Virus record (IMG/VR): IMGVR_UViG_3300025316_001100
Direction: 5' to 3' (one strand)
DNA from: a virus
Lineage: Duplodnaviria; Heunggongvirae; Uroviricota; Caudoviricetes
DNA length: 64,000 nucleotides
A program made the position numbers and the translations under genes. Under the pieces are notes generated by a model, which was given only the letters and a program-made list of their open reading frames with translations, was not told the origin of the DNA and searched no databases. Of this stretch, positions 45,478-54,083 are shown piece by piece; within the stretch, counting starts at the first letter, position 1; every line of letters starts with the position of its first letter.

Positions 45478-45806
45478 TAGATTACAATCATCTTATGATA
45501 AGCTGGATCGTTGGGATCATTAACTCGACGGAAATATTCTTCCGATTCAGTTAATTTACCTTCCAACCAATAACAGGGAACGGTAATAACGGCAAATAGG
45601 GTTCGGTTTTCAAATCGACCAACGACGTATTTACGACGAATGTTTACACCGTCAGCACCACAGGTTGCCCGCCAAGCCGTTGCAAGATTGACCGCTGCGT
45701 TCAAATCAAATTCAGCTTCAAGGACGAAGGCTTCAAATAAATGCCAATCTTCGGCCCGACCACCGGACGATTCAGAAACAACGTGAACAATATCTCGATA
45801 TTCCAT
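45477..45806 (-). CDS. hypothetical protein (109 aa)
   Basis: ORF; RBS GGAGGAATTTTTATG after element copy 15. Confidence 0.5.
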   Translation of the reverse strand: MEYRDIVHVVSESSGGRAEDWHLFEAFVLEAEFDLNAAVNLATAWRATCGADGVNIRRKYVVGRFENRTLFAVITVPCYWLEGKLTESEEYFRRVNDPNDPAYHKMIVI

Positions 45807-45825
45807 AAAAATTCCTCCGGGGCAG

Positions 45826-45844
45826 CTTATACACCCGCACTGGA
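45826..45844 (-). promoter_or_regulatory. conserved 20-bp element, variant copy 15 (minus: CCAGTGCGGGTGTATAAGC)
   Basis: Variant; precedes the RBS of 45477..45806 and lies directly downstream of the iteron block. Confidence 0.45.
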
Positions 45845-45882
45845 TGTATTAATCAAAGCGTATTTGACCTATATTCCCCAAC

Positions 45883-45953
45883 TTCATAGATTCTCGTAAA
45901 CCCATAGATTTTCCCAAACCCATAGATTTTCACAAACTCATAGATTCTGAATG
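45883..45953. repeat. Four tandem 18-bp direct repeats (iteron-like), core (C/A)NCATAGATT(T/C)T(C/G)NNAAA
   Basis: acttCATAGATTCTCgtaaa / cCCATAGATTTTCccaaa / cCCATAGATTTTCacaaa / ctCATAGATTCTGaatg, read directly from the sequence. Confidence 0.65.
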
Positions 45954-46151
45954 ATTGGGCAATGGTGAATCTTGTGCTCTTGGCATTGGCCAACATCGTG
46001 TATCCCAACCTGCTAGCCACCCAAGGCAATCGAATAGCCAATCTAAAAATACGCAAAGATATTGAAATAGATTTCGCAATAACAGACAGGGAAGTGTCGC
46101 TGCATACAAAATAATCAAAATTGGCACGGCAATCATTTGAATAATAATCAT
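45930..46151 (-). CDS. small membrane protein (73 aa)
   Basis: Hydrophobic ORF; its C-terminus overlaps the iteron block. Confidence 0.35.
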   Translation of the reverse strand: MIIIQMIAVPILIILYAATLPCLLLRNLFQYLCVFLDWLFDCLGWLAGWDTRCWPMPRAQDSPLPNHSESMSL

Positions 46152-46570
46152 TTTGTTATACCAACAGCCACTCTACCGGCTGGTTTGTCATCACTTGTTA
46201 CCTGATGAATACAGTAACCGCACTTGCGGCCCTTATATGTCCACGCCCCTACATTCAAAGCTCCCAATTTATCTTCAGATACAAAAAACCAACCAATATA
46301 TCTGTGTCGATGTTTCTCACGACATTCCAGCACAATGAAATTGCCAAGACAAGTTCCCACTGGAATATATTGCACCCCCACATGATCTGGAGACCAAATC
46401 TTGAGAGCATCCAGATATTCTTGCAACACATCACTCATATCATGAATCCAGATTTTCCCAATCTTTCTTGGAAGAATTTTCTGGGCTGCCGCCTTCTTGG
46501 CAAATTTCTTATGCATTTTTTTCACAAAATCATCGGCGGCTTGCAACGCTTCTTTTTCAAGTTTACTCAT
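46148..46570 (-). CDS. hypothetical protein (140 aa)
   Basis: ORF. Confidence 0.5.
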   Translation of the reverse strand: MSKLEKEALQAADDFVKKMHKKFAKKAAAQKILPRKIGKIWIHDMSDVLQEYLDALKIWSPDHVGVQYIPVGTCLGNFIVLECREKHRHRYIGWFFVSEDKLGALNVGAWTYKGRKCGYCIHQVTSDDKPAGRVAVGITK

Positions 46571-46863
46571 TATTCAGCCCGTACCTTTTCATAGATTTCA
46601 CGTTCTTCATCGTCTGCAAACTTAGTACGAATAATACCTGCTGTTTTTTCAAGTTGAAACATATGACGAGTTCGAATCGTTTCCGATTCATAATCCGTCC
46701 ACTCTGCATGGCAGGCCCTACAATTACGAACAGGCACCAAAACAAATGTCATGTCGCATTTGGGATAGAAAAACGGTTCACTTTCTTGTGTAGTGAATAC
46801 ATCTTCGCAACCGCAATTAGGACACGTAAAATCTATCCCACAGTGAGGACACAAATTACTCAT
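46570..46863 (-). CDS. Zn-ribbon protein (97 aa)
   Basis: CPHCG..CPNCGC ... CRAC motifs. Confidence 0.5.
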   Translation of the reverse strand: MSNLCPHCGIDFTCPNCGCEDVFTTQESEPFFYPKCDMTFVLVPVRNCRACHAEWTDYESETIRTRHMFQLEKTAGIIRTKFADDEEREIYEKVRAE

Positions 46864-46910
46864 TGTCGCCTTCCTGAAATTCCAACTGAAACCCTTAGAC
46901 TCAATAGGGT

Positions 46911-46939
46911 ATTGTACTACTAAACGACACTCTTGTAAA
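46911..46939 (-). promoter_or_regulatory. sigma70-type promoter TTTACA-N17-(GTAG)TACAAT (minus)
   Basis: Reverse complement gives TTTACAagagtgtcgtttagtagTACAAT. Confidence 0.5.
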
Positions 46940-46991
46940 GAGATCGACCAACACTACATATATGAAGATTCTTGGTAAAATACACAAGCTA

Positions 46992-47037
46992 GGATATATC
47001 CTACCGATATGCGGTCTGGGATATATCCTACCGATAT
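46992..47037 (+). promoter_or_regulatory. Two copies of the 19-bp operator-like repeat GGATATATCCTACCGATAT (each with the palindrome GGATATATCC), 27 bp apart, immediately upstream of the plus-strand gene 47050
   Basis: Exact direct repeat at 46992-47010 and 47019-47037; lies in a divergent promoter region. Confidence 0.55.
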
Positions 47038-47049
47038 AGAGAGGGAAAC

Positions 47050-47736
47050 ATGGAACGAGTTAGTGTAATCGAAGGAGATATCCCAGTGCTAATCGTGGCA
47101 CCTCATGGCTGCCAACAAGATGACTTCAACACTGCCTATATTGCCGAAACCGTTGCCACTGACCTTTCAGCCTATGCTGTTATTAATCGTGGATGGGAAA
47201 AATCTGATAAGGTAGATTGCTTTAAGGATAAAGCCAATTGCAATAATGTTCCACACTGTCATGAATATGTGGTAAAAGATGAATTCCTAATGCCCATTAT
47301 GCGATACGTTGTCCAAATTTCAAAATTCAGTCGCTTTACCTACATCTTTTATATTCATGGAATGAAAGATGATATTAAAAAGCAATTCCCTGATCTCCAA
47401 ATCATCATCGGTTGTGGTAAGGGTAAGTTTCAATCATTCCCCAGTTGTGATGAATGCCGTAAAGACGCCTTTGTTTCATTTTTAATTAACAAAGGTGTTA
47501 AAGCTTACGAAGGCGTTGATGGCCAATATGCTGGTAAAGATCCTAATAACATGAATCAATTATACCGAAAATGGTATCCTAATTCTGATGTTCATAGTAT
47601 GCAGTTAGAAATTGTGAGAAGTTGCCGCACACCAAAGTGTGCGGCAACTTCTATGGCTACCAACATTTCTAGAGCGATTAGTGATTTAGTAGCAATCAGC
47701 GATCATGGTTTTAGCCGAATTATTGTAAGTCCATAG
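47050..47736 (+). CDS. hypothetical protein (228 aa), plus strand; possible amidohydrolase-like fold
   Basis: Clean ORF with RBS AGAGAGGGAAAC; IVAPHGCQQDD and HG.KDD segments suggest a metal-dependent hydrolase, but this is unconfirmed. Confidence 0.5.
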   Translation: MERVSVIEGDIPVLIVAPHGCQQDDFNTAYIAETVATDLSAYAVINRGWEKSDKVDCFKDKANCNNVPHCHEYVVKDEFLMPIMRYVVQISKFSRFTYIFYIHGMKDDIKKQFPDLQIIIGCGKGKFQSFPSCDECRKDAFVSFLINKGVKAYEGVDGQYAGKDPNNMNQLYRKWYPNSDVHSMQLEIVRSCRTPKCAATSMATNISRAISDLVAISDHGFSRIIVSP

Positions 47737-48259
47737 GAACATTCCCAAGAATCTGCTTCTGTTCATCAGTTAAACGAATTCTAGTGGGAATTTTATCTAC
47801 AGACCAATTACTTTGAATATAAACCACTTCTGCATTAGGAGCAATTTGTTGCAAACTTGCAAAGTTGTTGTTGTTCAACACTCCCAAAACCCACACCCGA
47901 TGTTCTAGTTCTTTAGTTTTTGCCACGATCCCATTAACAGTGTTTGTTAACATTTCCGAACCTTGATCTGGTCTAAGATCTAACTTCACTGGTTGCTGTT
48001 CCATCGGAGCAGTATCCAGTTGCTCCATTTGTTGTACTTGCGACTCTGGCACTACATTTTTATTAGTATGATACTGTAACGCCAAATAAATAAACGCTCC
48101 TAATGCCACAATCGCTATCAATAGAAACATTGTAGCTAAAACTTCGTGAGCCACTTGTGGCTTAACAACAGCCGGAATCGGCTGAGGCGATGGCAACGGA
48201 GCCGGATCTGTTGCCGCCATCTGCCTCTTTAATTCTTCTACCCATTTTGATTTGGACAT
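47720..48259 (-). CDS. membrane-anchored protein (179 aa), one TM helix
   Basis: ORF; RBS GGAGGAATTATG; hydrophobic stretch LATMFLLIAIVALGAFIYLAL. Confidence 0.55.
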   Translation of the reverse strand: MSKSKWVEELKRQMAATDPAPLPSPQPIPAVVKPQVAHEVLATMFLLIAIVALGAFIYLALQYHTNKNVVPESQVQQMEQLDTAPMEQQPVKLDLRPDQGSEMLTNTVNGIVAKTKELEHRVWVLGVLNNNNFASLQQIAPNAEVVYIQSNWSVDKIPTRIRLTDEQKQILGNVPMDLQ

Positions 48260-48467
48260 AATTCCTCCAACGGTTATACTAATAGAATAGTTAAAATCTT
48301 AAAAATTATTTCACATAAAAAATGCAGAATATGTTACCTCCCTACAAAAACTCTACCACCCATTCGTTAAGAAATGTTTTGTTGTTAAAACAAAAAATCC
48401 CAAACAGCCCGATGAATATTTTAGCAGCCTACGATTTTTCTCCAATGCATGCCCAATCTTTACAGAA

Positions 48468-49001
48468 ATGCGAAAAAAATGGTACAAAGAACCTTTTGTT
48501 CGCAGAAGCAAAAAAATAGTCCCATCTGATTTAATTTTAACATGGAGAATCGCTGCATTGTGGGCCTGCGATGATGGTACTAATAATCATAAAATACGCA
48601 CGTTTAGATTGTCCACTAATTGTTTTTCTGAAACTGATGTTTGTTTTCTCATTACTAGATTAGATAATGACCTTGGTGTAAAAGCACGCATGAATATGGA
48701 ACGTAATCAACCAACAATTACCATGTGCGGAGCAAATGCTGAAAAATTTATAGATGGCATCAAACGCTACATACCGTGGTCTTGCCTGCAATACAAATTA
48801 AAGTGGCGTCCGAGTCTTAACCCAAACACTTCTGGCATTATTGGCGTAAGTAAGGTTGGTAGATATTGGCAAGCTCATATTATGATAAATGGAATTAAAA
48901 AATTCCAACACTTTAATACAAAAGAAGAAGCAATTCTAATACGAAAGGAATGGGAAAATGATAAATTATTGGTTAGAGAAAGACAAAGCAGAACAAGCTA
49001 A
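48468..49001 (+). CDS. Putative homing endonuclease with a LAGLIDADG-like motif and a C-terminal AP2 DNA-binding domain (177 aa)
   Basis: IAALWACDDGTNN (LAGLIDADG-like); C-terminal GIIGVSKVGRYWQAHIMINGIKKFQHFNTKEEAILIRKEWE matches the phage AP2 domain pattern; plus strand against a minus-strand background. Confidence 0.45.
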   Translation: MRKKWYKEPFVRRSKKIVPSDLILTWRIAALWACDDGTNNHKIRTFRLSTNCFSETDVCFLITRLDNDLGVKARMNMERNQPTITMCGANAEKFIDGIKRYIPWSCLQYKLKWRPSLNPNTSGIIGVSKVGRYWQAHIMINGIKKFQHFNTKEEAILIRKEWENDKLLVRERQSRTS

Positions 49002-49227
49002 AGCAGTCCACTCATTTACAATCACCACAGGTGCAAACCACTATTGTGGGTGTGGAAATGTAACCTATACTTGCGGTGTGGGAACATATCATTGTGGCAA
49101 TATTATAATGAATGTACTTCCTTCTTGCGTGCCTTGTGGAAGCGGTTCAGTTTATTGTGGCAACGTGCCTGTTTATGGCAATTGTAGCTTTACATATTCT
49201 GAAAACGTTTGTAGCATTACCTGTTAA
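48958..49227 (+). CDS. small Cys/Gly-rich protein (89 aa)
   Basis: ORF followed by a bidirectional terminator; repeated CG(N/S)V motifs; uncertain. Confidence 0.3.
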   Translation: MINYWLEKDKAEQAKAVHSFTITTGANHYCGCGNVTYTCGVGTYHCGNIIMNVLPSCVPCGSGSVYCGNVPVYGNCSFTYSENVCSITC

Positions 49228-49237
49228 TTAAATAAAC

Positions 49238-49270
49238 AAACCCACCCGGCCAAAGGCCGGGTGGGTTTTA
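49238..49270. terminator. Bidirectional Rho-independent terminator (ACCCACCCGGCC-AAA-GGCCGGGTGGGT, T-runs on both sides)
   Basis: Perfect GC stem between the converging plus gene (end 49227) and minus gene (end 49297). Confidence 0.6.
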
Positions 49271-49296
49271 ACGATCAATGGTGGAGCATTGATCAA

Positions 49297-50178
49297 TTAG
49301 TTTGCAGGAACACCAACGGTTTCCTTTTTGACTTCGGTCGGACCAAGAGCCTTTTCGACCGGAACAAAAGTAATTTGTCCAACTTCACCGTTGCTATTGC
49401 CAAGAGCAGATTGAGAAATGCCCGCCAGTCGGTCAAACTCATTACTCGCATTAGTATCTAATGCATACTTGAGGAATTCATCTTCCGATTGCTTTGCCTC
49501 GACACCGGCCAATTTCTGGCTGATCTTAGCTTCAGAAGTAATACGCCGACGCATATCCTGCAATCGTTGAAGTGTTTCGCCACTGCGACTTTGACTGATA
49601 CCAGAAATGATATCATTCGCTTCCTTTTCTTGCTTGGCGATTTCAACATCGGCTACAGTTGCGTCCTTCTGTTCTTTGATTTTGCCGAGTTCACGAATCA
49701 TGCCTTGCATGGTCACTTCGTAACCCGTCAACTGTTTGGCCGATTCTTCCAACTCATCGTGAAGACGAGAAGCTTCTGTCTTCTTGCTGCTCAAGGTTGA
49801 AGTGGCATCTTTGAAACCCCCAGAGCAACGCAAATAATCTGCATCCACCTGAATTTCTGCATCGCTCTTACCTTGAGACTTTAGCAATTGTGCTCGCTTT
49901 TGTCCCATTGCCAAAGCACCGGCCATAATCTTTTCCTGCTTGGCAACATCCTGGTCTAGTTCCGCAAGACGATCTTGCTTCTTCAACTGAACAGACATAA
50001 TGCCAGCTACCGCTCGTTTTACTTCTTGGATACGAGTGCGATGTTCGGTTTCCACAGCATCAAACTGTGCCCGAATCGCTGTCGGACTGGACTCCCAAAC
50101 TTGAGACCAGTAATCGAAATTTCCGGTCAGAGTGTAGAGAATCGCACGAATCAATCTACCAAACGCCTTAAACATCAC
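49297..50178 (-). CDS. PspA/IM30 (Vipp1)-like coiled-coil protein (293 aa)
   Basis: The N-terminus MMFKAFGRLIRAILYTLTGNFDYWSQVWESSPTAIRAQFDAVETEHRTRIQEVKRAVAG parallels the PspA N-terminus ([40 protein letters not shown]...). The remainder is long heptad coiled-coil. Confidence 0.4.
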   Translation of the reverse strand: MMFKAFGRLIRAILYTLTGNFDYWSQVWESSPTAIRAQFDAVETEHRTRIQEVKRAVAGIMSVQLKKQDRLAELDQDVAKQEKIMAGALAMGQKRAQLLKSQGKSDAEIQVDADYLRCSGGFKDATSTLSSKKTEASRLHDELEESAKQLTGYEVTMQGMIRELGKIKEQKDATVADVEIAKQEKEANDIISGISQSRSGETLQRLQDMRRRITSEAKISQKLAGVEAKQSEDEFLKYALDTNASNEFDRLAGISQSALGNSNGEVGQITFVPVEKALGPTEVKKETVGVPAN

Positions 50179-50202
50179 TCAACTCCTTCTACTTGGTTAA
50201 AC

Positions 50203-51159
50203 CTATTGAGAACCTAAAACTCTATCACACTTTACAGAACTTGTCAATCCTTGATAAAGAGTGAAAAACGCTCCATTGAAAGGAAAATCAAAACACTCAC
50301 CTTCTTGTTTTATTGGAAATAATACCGTACCTCTCTTAATGCAAGCCACCGGCACCAATTCCTTGCTAATACTGTCATAGACAGACATGCCCACCAAAGC
50401 ACCGCCAGGAGTTTTCAAAACATGCAAATCACAATTTGCAATTAACCCCTCAATTTTCACTGCTGAATGTTCTATTCTCGGCACTTCCAATTCTTTTCTG
50501 CGATTGACGATTAAATTCGTTAATGCTCGCTTGCCAATTTTATCTTTATTGGCATCAAACAATTGTCGCAATTCTCTAATTGCATCCAAAGACAAATTAC
50601 ATGATGCTTTTAGATTATTGCAAATTGCACACATGCTCTGATAATTTGAGAATTCATTTCTGCCGCCTATTGATGCTGGACAGATATGATCCTTAGTCAT
50701 CAGCACCAATTCTCCATTTTCTTCTGCATACAGATTGAAATGTGGAGCTTTATCATTTGGGTGCATCTCCAATAGCATTTTTGTTCCTTCAATGCCACAG
50801 GCTGCACAATTACGATTGGCGTGAAAGACAAAGTAACGGTGCGAATTCATTCGTACTAAATATTGTTTCTTACCAGCCGCATATTCTTTTTTTGTATCTG
50901 TGTGGGTAATGAAAGGCAACACTTCTTCTGGAGTAAACTCGCCCAAAACAAGCCTATATGTTTTTTGTTTCCGCTGAGCAATTTGTGAAATTCTAGTTAA
51001 AGTGAATGGCGGAACAAGAATGTTGCCTAGCTGCTCGGCAGCCAACTTCATTAAATCTTGTCCTGCTCCCTCTATCTCAAAATCCCACTCGACGATTGCT
51101 CTCGCCTTATATCGTTTCGTCATGATTGCATTAAGTGTATCAAAAATCCTAAACCCCAC
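50203..51159 (-). CDS. HNH endonuclease-domain protein (318 aa)
   Basis: CAACGIEG....DHICPASIGGRNEFSNYQSMCAICNNLK is an HNH motif. Confidence 0.5.
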   Translation of the reverse strand: MGFRIFDTLNAIMTKRYKARAIVEWDFEIEGAGQDLMKLAAEQLGNILVPPFTLTRISQIAQRKQKTYRLVLGEFTPEEVLPFITHTDTKKEYAAGKKQYLVRMNSHRYFVFHANRNCAACGIEGTKMLLEMHPNDKAPHFNLYAEENGELVLMTKDHICPASIGGRNEFSNYQSMCAICNNLKASCNLSLDAIRELRQLFDANKDKIGKRALTNLIVNRRKELEVPRIEHSAVKIEGLIANCDLHVLKTPGGALVGMSVYDSISKELVPVACIKRGTVLFPIKQEGECFDFPFNGAFFTLYQGLTSSVKCDRVLGSQ

Positions 51160-51530
51160 AACAACAATGGACGCAGAAATAAATTGCCCAGTAATATACC
51201 GCCCCTATAGGCTCTTTTGTTTATATCCTGAGAATCATTTCCTTCTGCAAATCGCTCGAACGTACTACCGAACAATCCTGCAATAACCACTAATCCAATT
51301 GCTACAGTTAAATGAGGCGTAGCGACACCAAACGCTGGAGTAACAAACCACATCCACAATTTTCTTAGCACAAATCCTTTTAACACATAAGCCAAAGCAA
51401 ACACTACCGCTACAAAACATCCCTGCTGTAGTATACTTCCATAATTTGCTTTTACTATTTCGGATACTGGCTGATCCTTACATATTGGGTCCATACATAC
51501 CGCCTTTTTGATATAAGAGTGATGTAACAC
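51120..51530 (-). CDS. integral membrane protein (136 aa, 3-4 TM helices)
   Basis: Hydrophobic ORF. Confidence 0.5.
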   Translation of the reverse strand: MLHHSYIKKAVCMDPICKDQPVSEIVKANYGSILQQGCFVAVVFALAYVLKGFVLRKLWMWFVTPAFGVATPHLTVAIGLVVIAGLFGSTFERFAEGNDSQDINKRAYRGGILLGNLFLRPLLLWGLGFLIHLMQS

Positions 51531-51568
51531 TGATTATATCATAGACGGTAATAATAGCCAAGTAAAAA

Positions 51569-52192
51569 TTACTGTACCATTTTCCACGGTGGCATAAATG
51601 GATAATCAAAAAATCTACCAGTCTCCTGATCAATTGAATTGCGAACATCACGAATGGGACAACCGGGTGGAAAACCCTTTACCGGCCATTCATTCAAAAA
51701 TCCATTAAATGTCACAAGCCAATATTTGCCTCGGAAAAATGCGAATTGATTTGTATAATTCTTCTGCCACCAGGGGTCCACAATATAGCAAGAAGTAGAC
51801 ATAAGCCGTACCCTTTCACCCCAAGGTTGCTCATGACCACTCTCCACTAAAAATCGATAACTGTCCCCCTCTGTGTCGTGACGGAAGGCATCGTGAACAC
51901 CGAAAATAGTAGACCAATCATCACACACATAAAACAATTCGTAGGAGTCATATTCAACTCCTCCCAATTTATTCAACAATACTTTAGCATGAGGATTACG
52001 TGGTCTGCCCGTTTCATCCAACGGGATCGGCACCTCTCGCAATTTGTTTCTTGGATAAGCGATTTCAATATCTAATCGCCATTTTCCTTCAGGACAGGGA
52101 TAGTCCGCACATCGCTCTGCTCTCCATCGTTCCCAATTCTGGTAATGAAGATACATTTTCCCATCCGGTCCTATTGTCTCGAATGGTTGCAT
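51569..52192 (-). CDS. hypothetical protein (207 aa)
   Basis: ORF. Confidence 0.5.
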   Translation of the reverse strand: MQPFETIGPDGKMYLHYQNWERWRAERCADYPCPEGKWRLDIEIAYPRNKLREVPIPLDETGRPRNPHAKVLLNKLGGVEYDSYELFYVCDDWSTIFGVHDAFRHDTEGDSYRFLVESGHEQPWGERVRLMSTSCYIVDPWWQKNYTNQFAFFRGKYWLVTFNGFLNEWPVKGFPPGCPIRDVRNSIDQETGRFFDYPFMPPWKMVQ

Positions 52193-52201
52193 GTTAGGGC
52201 C

Positions 52202-52330
52202 TCATTTATCTTTACGTTTCCACCAACTTGAAATCAATTTGTCCCACACAAAACTCACCGTTGCTCCTAAAATAGCCAGTGTTACTGTTGTAATGACACT
52301 AGCCGTAGTAAGAAAATTACGTTTTTTCAT
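52202..52330 (-). CDS. small membrane protein (42 aa, MKKRNFLTTASVITTVTLAILGATVSFVWDKLISSWWKRKDK), not in the track
   Basis: RBS GGAGCAATTATG; one TM helix. Confidence 0.4.
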   Translation of the reverse strand: MKKRNFLTTASVITTVTLAILGATVSFVWDKLISSWWKRKDK

Positions 52331-52463
52331 AATTGCTCCAAGAAGTTAAAGGCAGCCGCCCGGCCGTGAATGCGATTACTCGCAGGGCCAAGCTGAGTCG
52401 GCGGTTCACCCCCGCACACATTCACAGGGAATTGATTTCACGACCGGACAGTTGCCTCTTTAT

Positions 52464-54068
52464 TTACTTCCCAGACTGCACATTTATCACAGGGGTAATC
52501 CCCTTGAGATCCGTCCAAAGAGTACCAGGGCCAGAATAAATCATCTTCAAATCAATGTCATCTGGCAATCCTGTAGCAAATTGCCACTGCGTATAAGCCG
52601 ATGGATCACCAAAAGCCTTAACGGCCAATTCAAACAACTGTGCCTTGGCTTCCTGCTGCAACCGTTTGGAAGCGTTCTCGGCCTCACCGATAGCGACCAC
52701 CTTTTGAGCTTCGATATCGGCCACCTTCCTATCAACAGCAGCAATCATCTTCTCCGTTTCAGCGGCCGTAGTATCAGCAGTCTTTTGGCCTTCGGCATTG
52801 ACATTGGCAACCAATTTCTTGGTGCCTTCCGTAATTTTTGCCGCTTCCAATTTAACAGTCTGTTCGGCAGCACGCAACTTCATTTCAGTCTTGGCTGTAG
52901 TCGCTTCCTGGGTACGTGTCAAAGCCAATTCGTCGGCAATGTAGCCCTTTTGAATAGGTTCTCGCACGTCCTTCGGAATGTAAATGTGACGCACTAAACC
53001 GTACAATAAACTAATGTTCTTTTCTTTCAACACTTTATTGAAAGATTTATCAACATCCTCTTGGAATTTTTGTCGGCTATCACCCACAAGCAATTCCACG
53101 GCTCCCAATCTCGATCCATTGTTACGACAAATAGATTCGCATTGAGGAATAATCACTTTGCTTTCCACAGCGGCCAAATTACCAAAACGACTGATAATGT
53201 CTGGGCACTGATCAGGCAGCACTCCCCACACAGCACTGAAGTCCATTTGAATCTTGAATCCATCGCTCGAAGGGAATGTAATGCCTGTATTCACTACTGG
53301 CATACATTCTCCGCTGGCGTCAACTAGAACTTGATTCTGCTGGTTGACTTGCTTCTCGGTCGAAATCTCTTTGGCATTATAACCAATAGAAACAATATCG
53401 ATTTGCATCTCACGGGGATTGATCGGATAAAGGCCAGGAGGCAATGTATCCTTTTGAATTCCCGCTTTACGACCAAGAGCAGTGTTGTCTGTCAAATACG
53501 TGACCACGCCAACATAACCAGGGTTTATATGCACCCAACCAGCGTGCTTCATTTGTGGTATTTGTTGAGAGCCAACATTCGTCTCTTCAGTTCTAACGAC
53601 CTTTACTTCGTAACCATACGGATTGATACGATACCGTCCAGGTCCGAATGTACGTCGCAAAATACCCTTTTGTGTAGTGGCCCCAAGATCACCATCAACC
53701 AAAAATTGACCACTAGGCAAATCGTTGCCCAATTTACTGGTAACAATGGCCAATTCACCGGGCTTCACCACAACGTCGTCAACCACTGTTCGTTCCCACC
53801 AAACGGGACAATAAAAATGACGACCAGGGCCGGGCATGTCACACTTTACACCAATCTCACCCTCTTTGGCAAAATTGCCAGCAGCAGCATACTTGTTGCC
53901 CAACGTAAAAAACAACGGTCCCTTATACCGCAACATAAGACTTTGACCGGGTTCAACGTAAACTCGATTAACAGTCCAGTCGAAGAAAAAGTAAGAGCAG
54001 AACAGGGCAATTACGCCCAGGCCCACACTAGCAAGCAAACAACCCTTGGTTTCATCTCTCAAACTCAT
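52464..54068 (-). CDS. SPFH/band-7 (flotillin/HflKC-like) membrane protein, paralog B (534 aa)
   Basis: N-terminal TM helix; internal PG-YPINP repeats; C-terminal Ala/Glu/Gln-rich coiled-coil (AETEKMIAAVDRKVADIEAQKVVAIGEAENASKRLQQEAKAQ). Paralogous to 54084..55628. Confidence 0.5.
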   Translation of the reverse strand: MSLRDETKGCLLASVGLGVIALFCSYFFFDWTVNRVYVEPGQSLMLRYKGPLFFTLGNKYAAAGNFAKEGEIGVKCDMPGPGRHFYCPVWWERTVVDDVVVKPGELAIVTSKLGNDLPSGQFLVDGDLGATTQKGILRRTFGPGRYRINPYGYEVKVVRTEETNVGSQQIPQMKHAGWVHINPGYVGVVTYLTDNTALGRKAGIQKDTLPPGLYPINPREMQIDIVSIGYNAKEISTEKQVNQQNQVLVDASGECMPVVNTGITFPSSDGFKIQMDFSAVWGVLPDQCPDIISRFGNLAAVESKVIIPQCESICRNNGSRLGAVELLVGDSRQKFQEDVDKSFNKVLKEKNISLLYGLVRHIYIPKDVREPIQKGYIADELALTRTQEATTAKTEMKLRAAEQTVKLEAAKITEGTKKLVANVNAEGQKTADTTAAETEKMIAAVDRKVADIEAQKVVAIGEAENASKRLQQEAKAQLFELAVKAFGDPSAYTQWQFATGLPDDIDLKMIYSGPGTLWTDLKGITPVINVQSGK

Positions 54069-54083
54069 GATTAGGTTCCTTTC

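Noticed and set aside
5993-45844. Could the 15 copies of the 20-bp element be a CRISPR array?
   Set aside because: The copies are separated by irregular distances from hundreds to thousands of bp. They are interspersed with genes and always sit at gene 5' ends in one orientation. There is no cas gene and no regular spacer length.
45853-46056. Track ORF (67 aa, ...IYEFVKIYGFGKIYGFTRIYE...)
   Set aside because: Its repetitive peptide is simply the translation of the four tandem 18-bp iteron repeats. It has no SD and no independent support.
48240-48300. Possible weak sigma70 promoter (TAGTATAAC -10) upstream of gene 47720-48259
   Set aside because: The -35 (TAAGAT/AAGATT) is poor. It is noted but not called.
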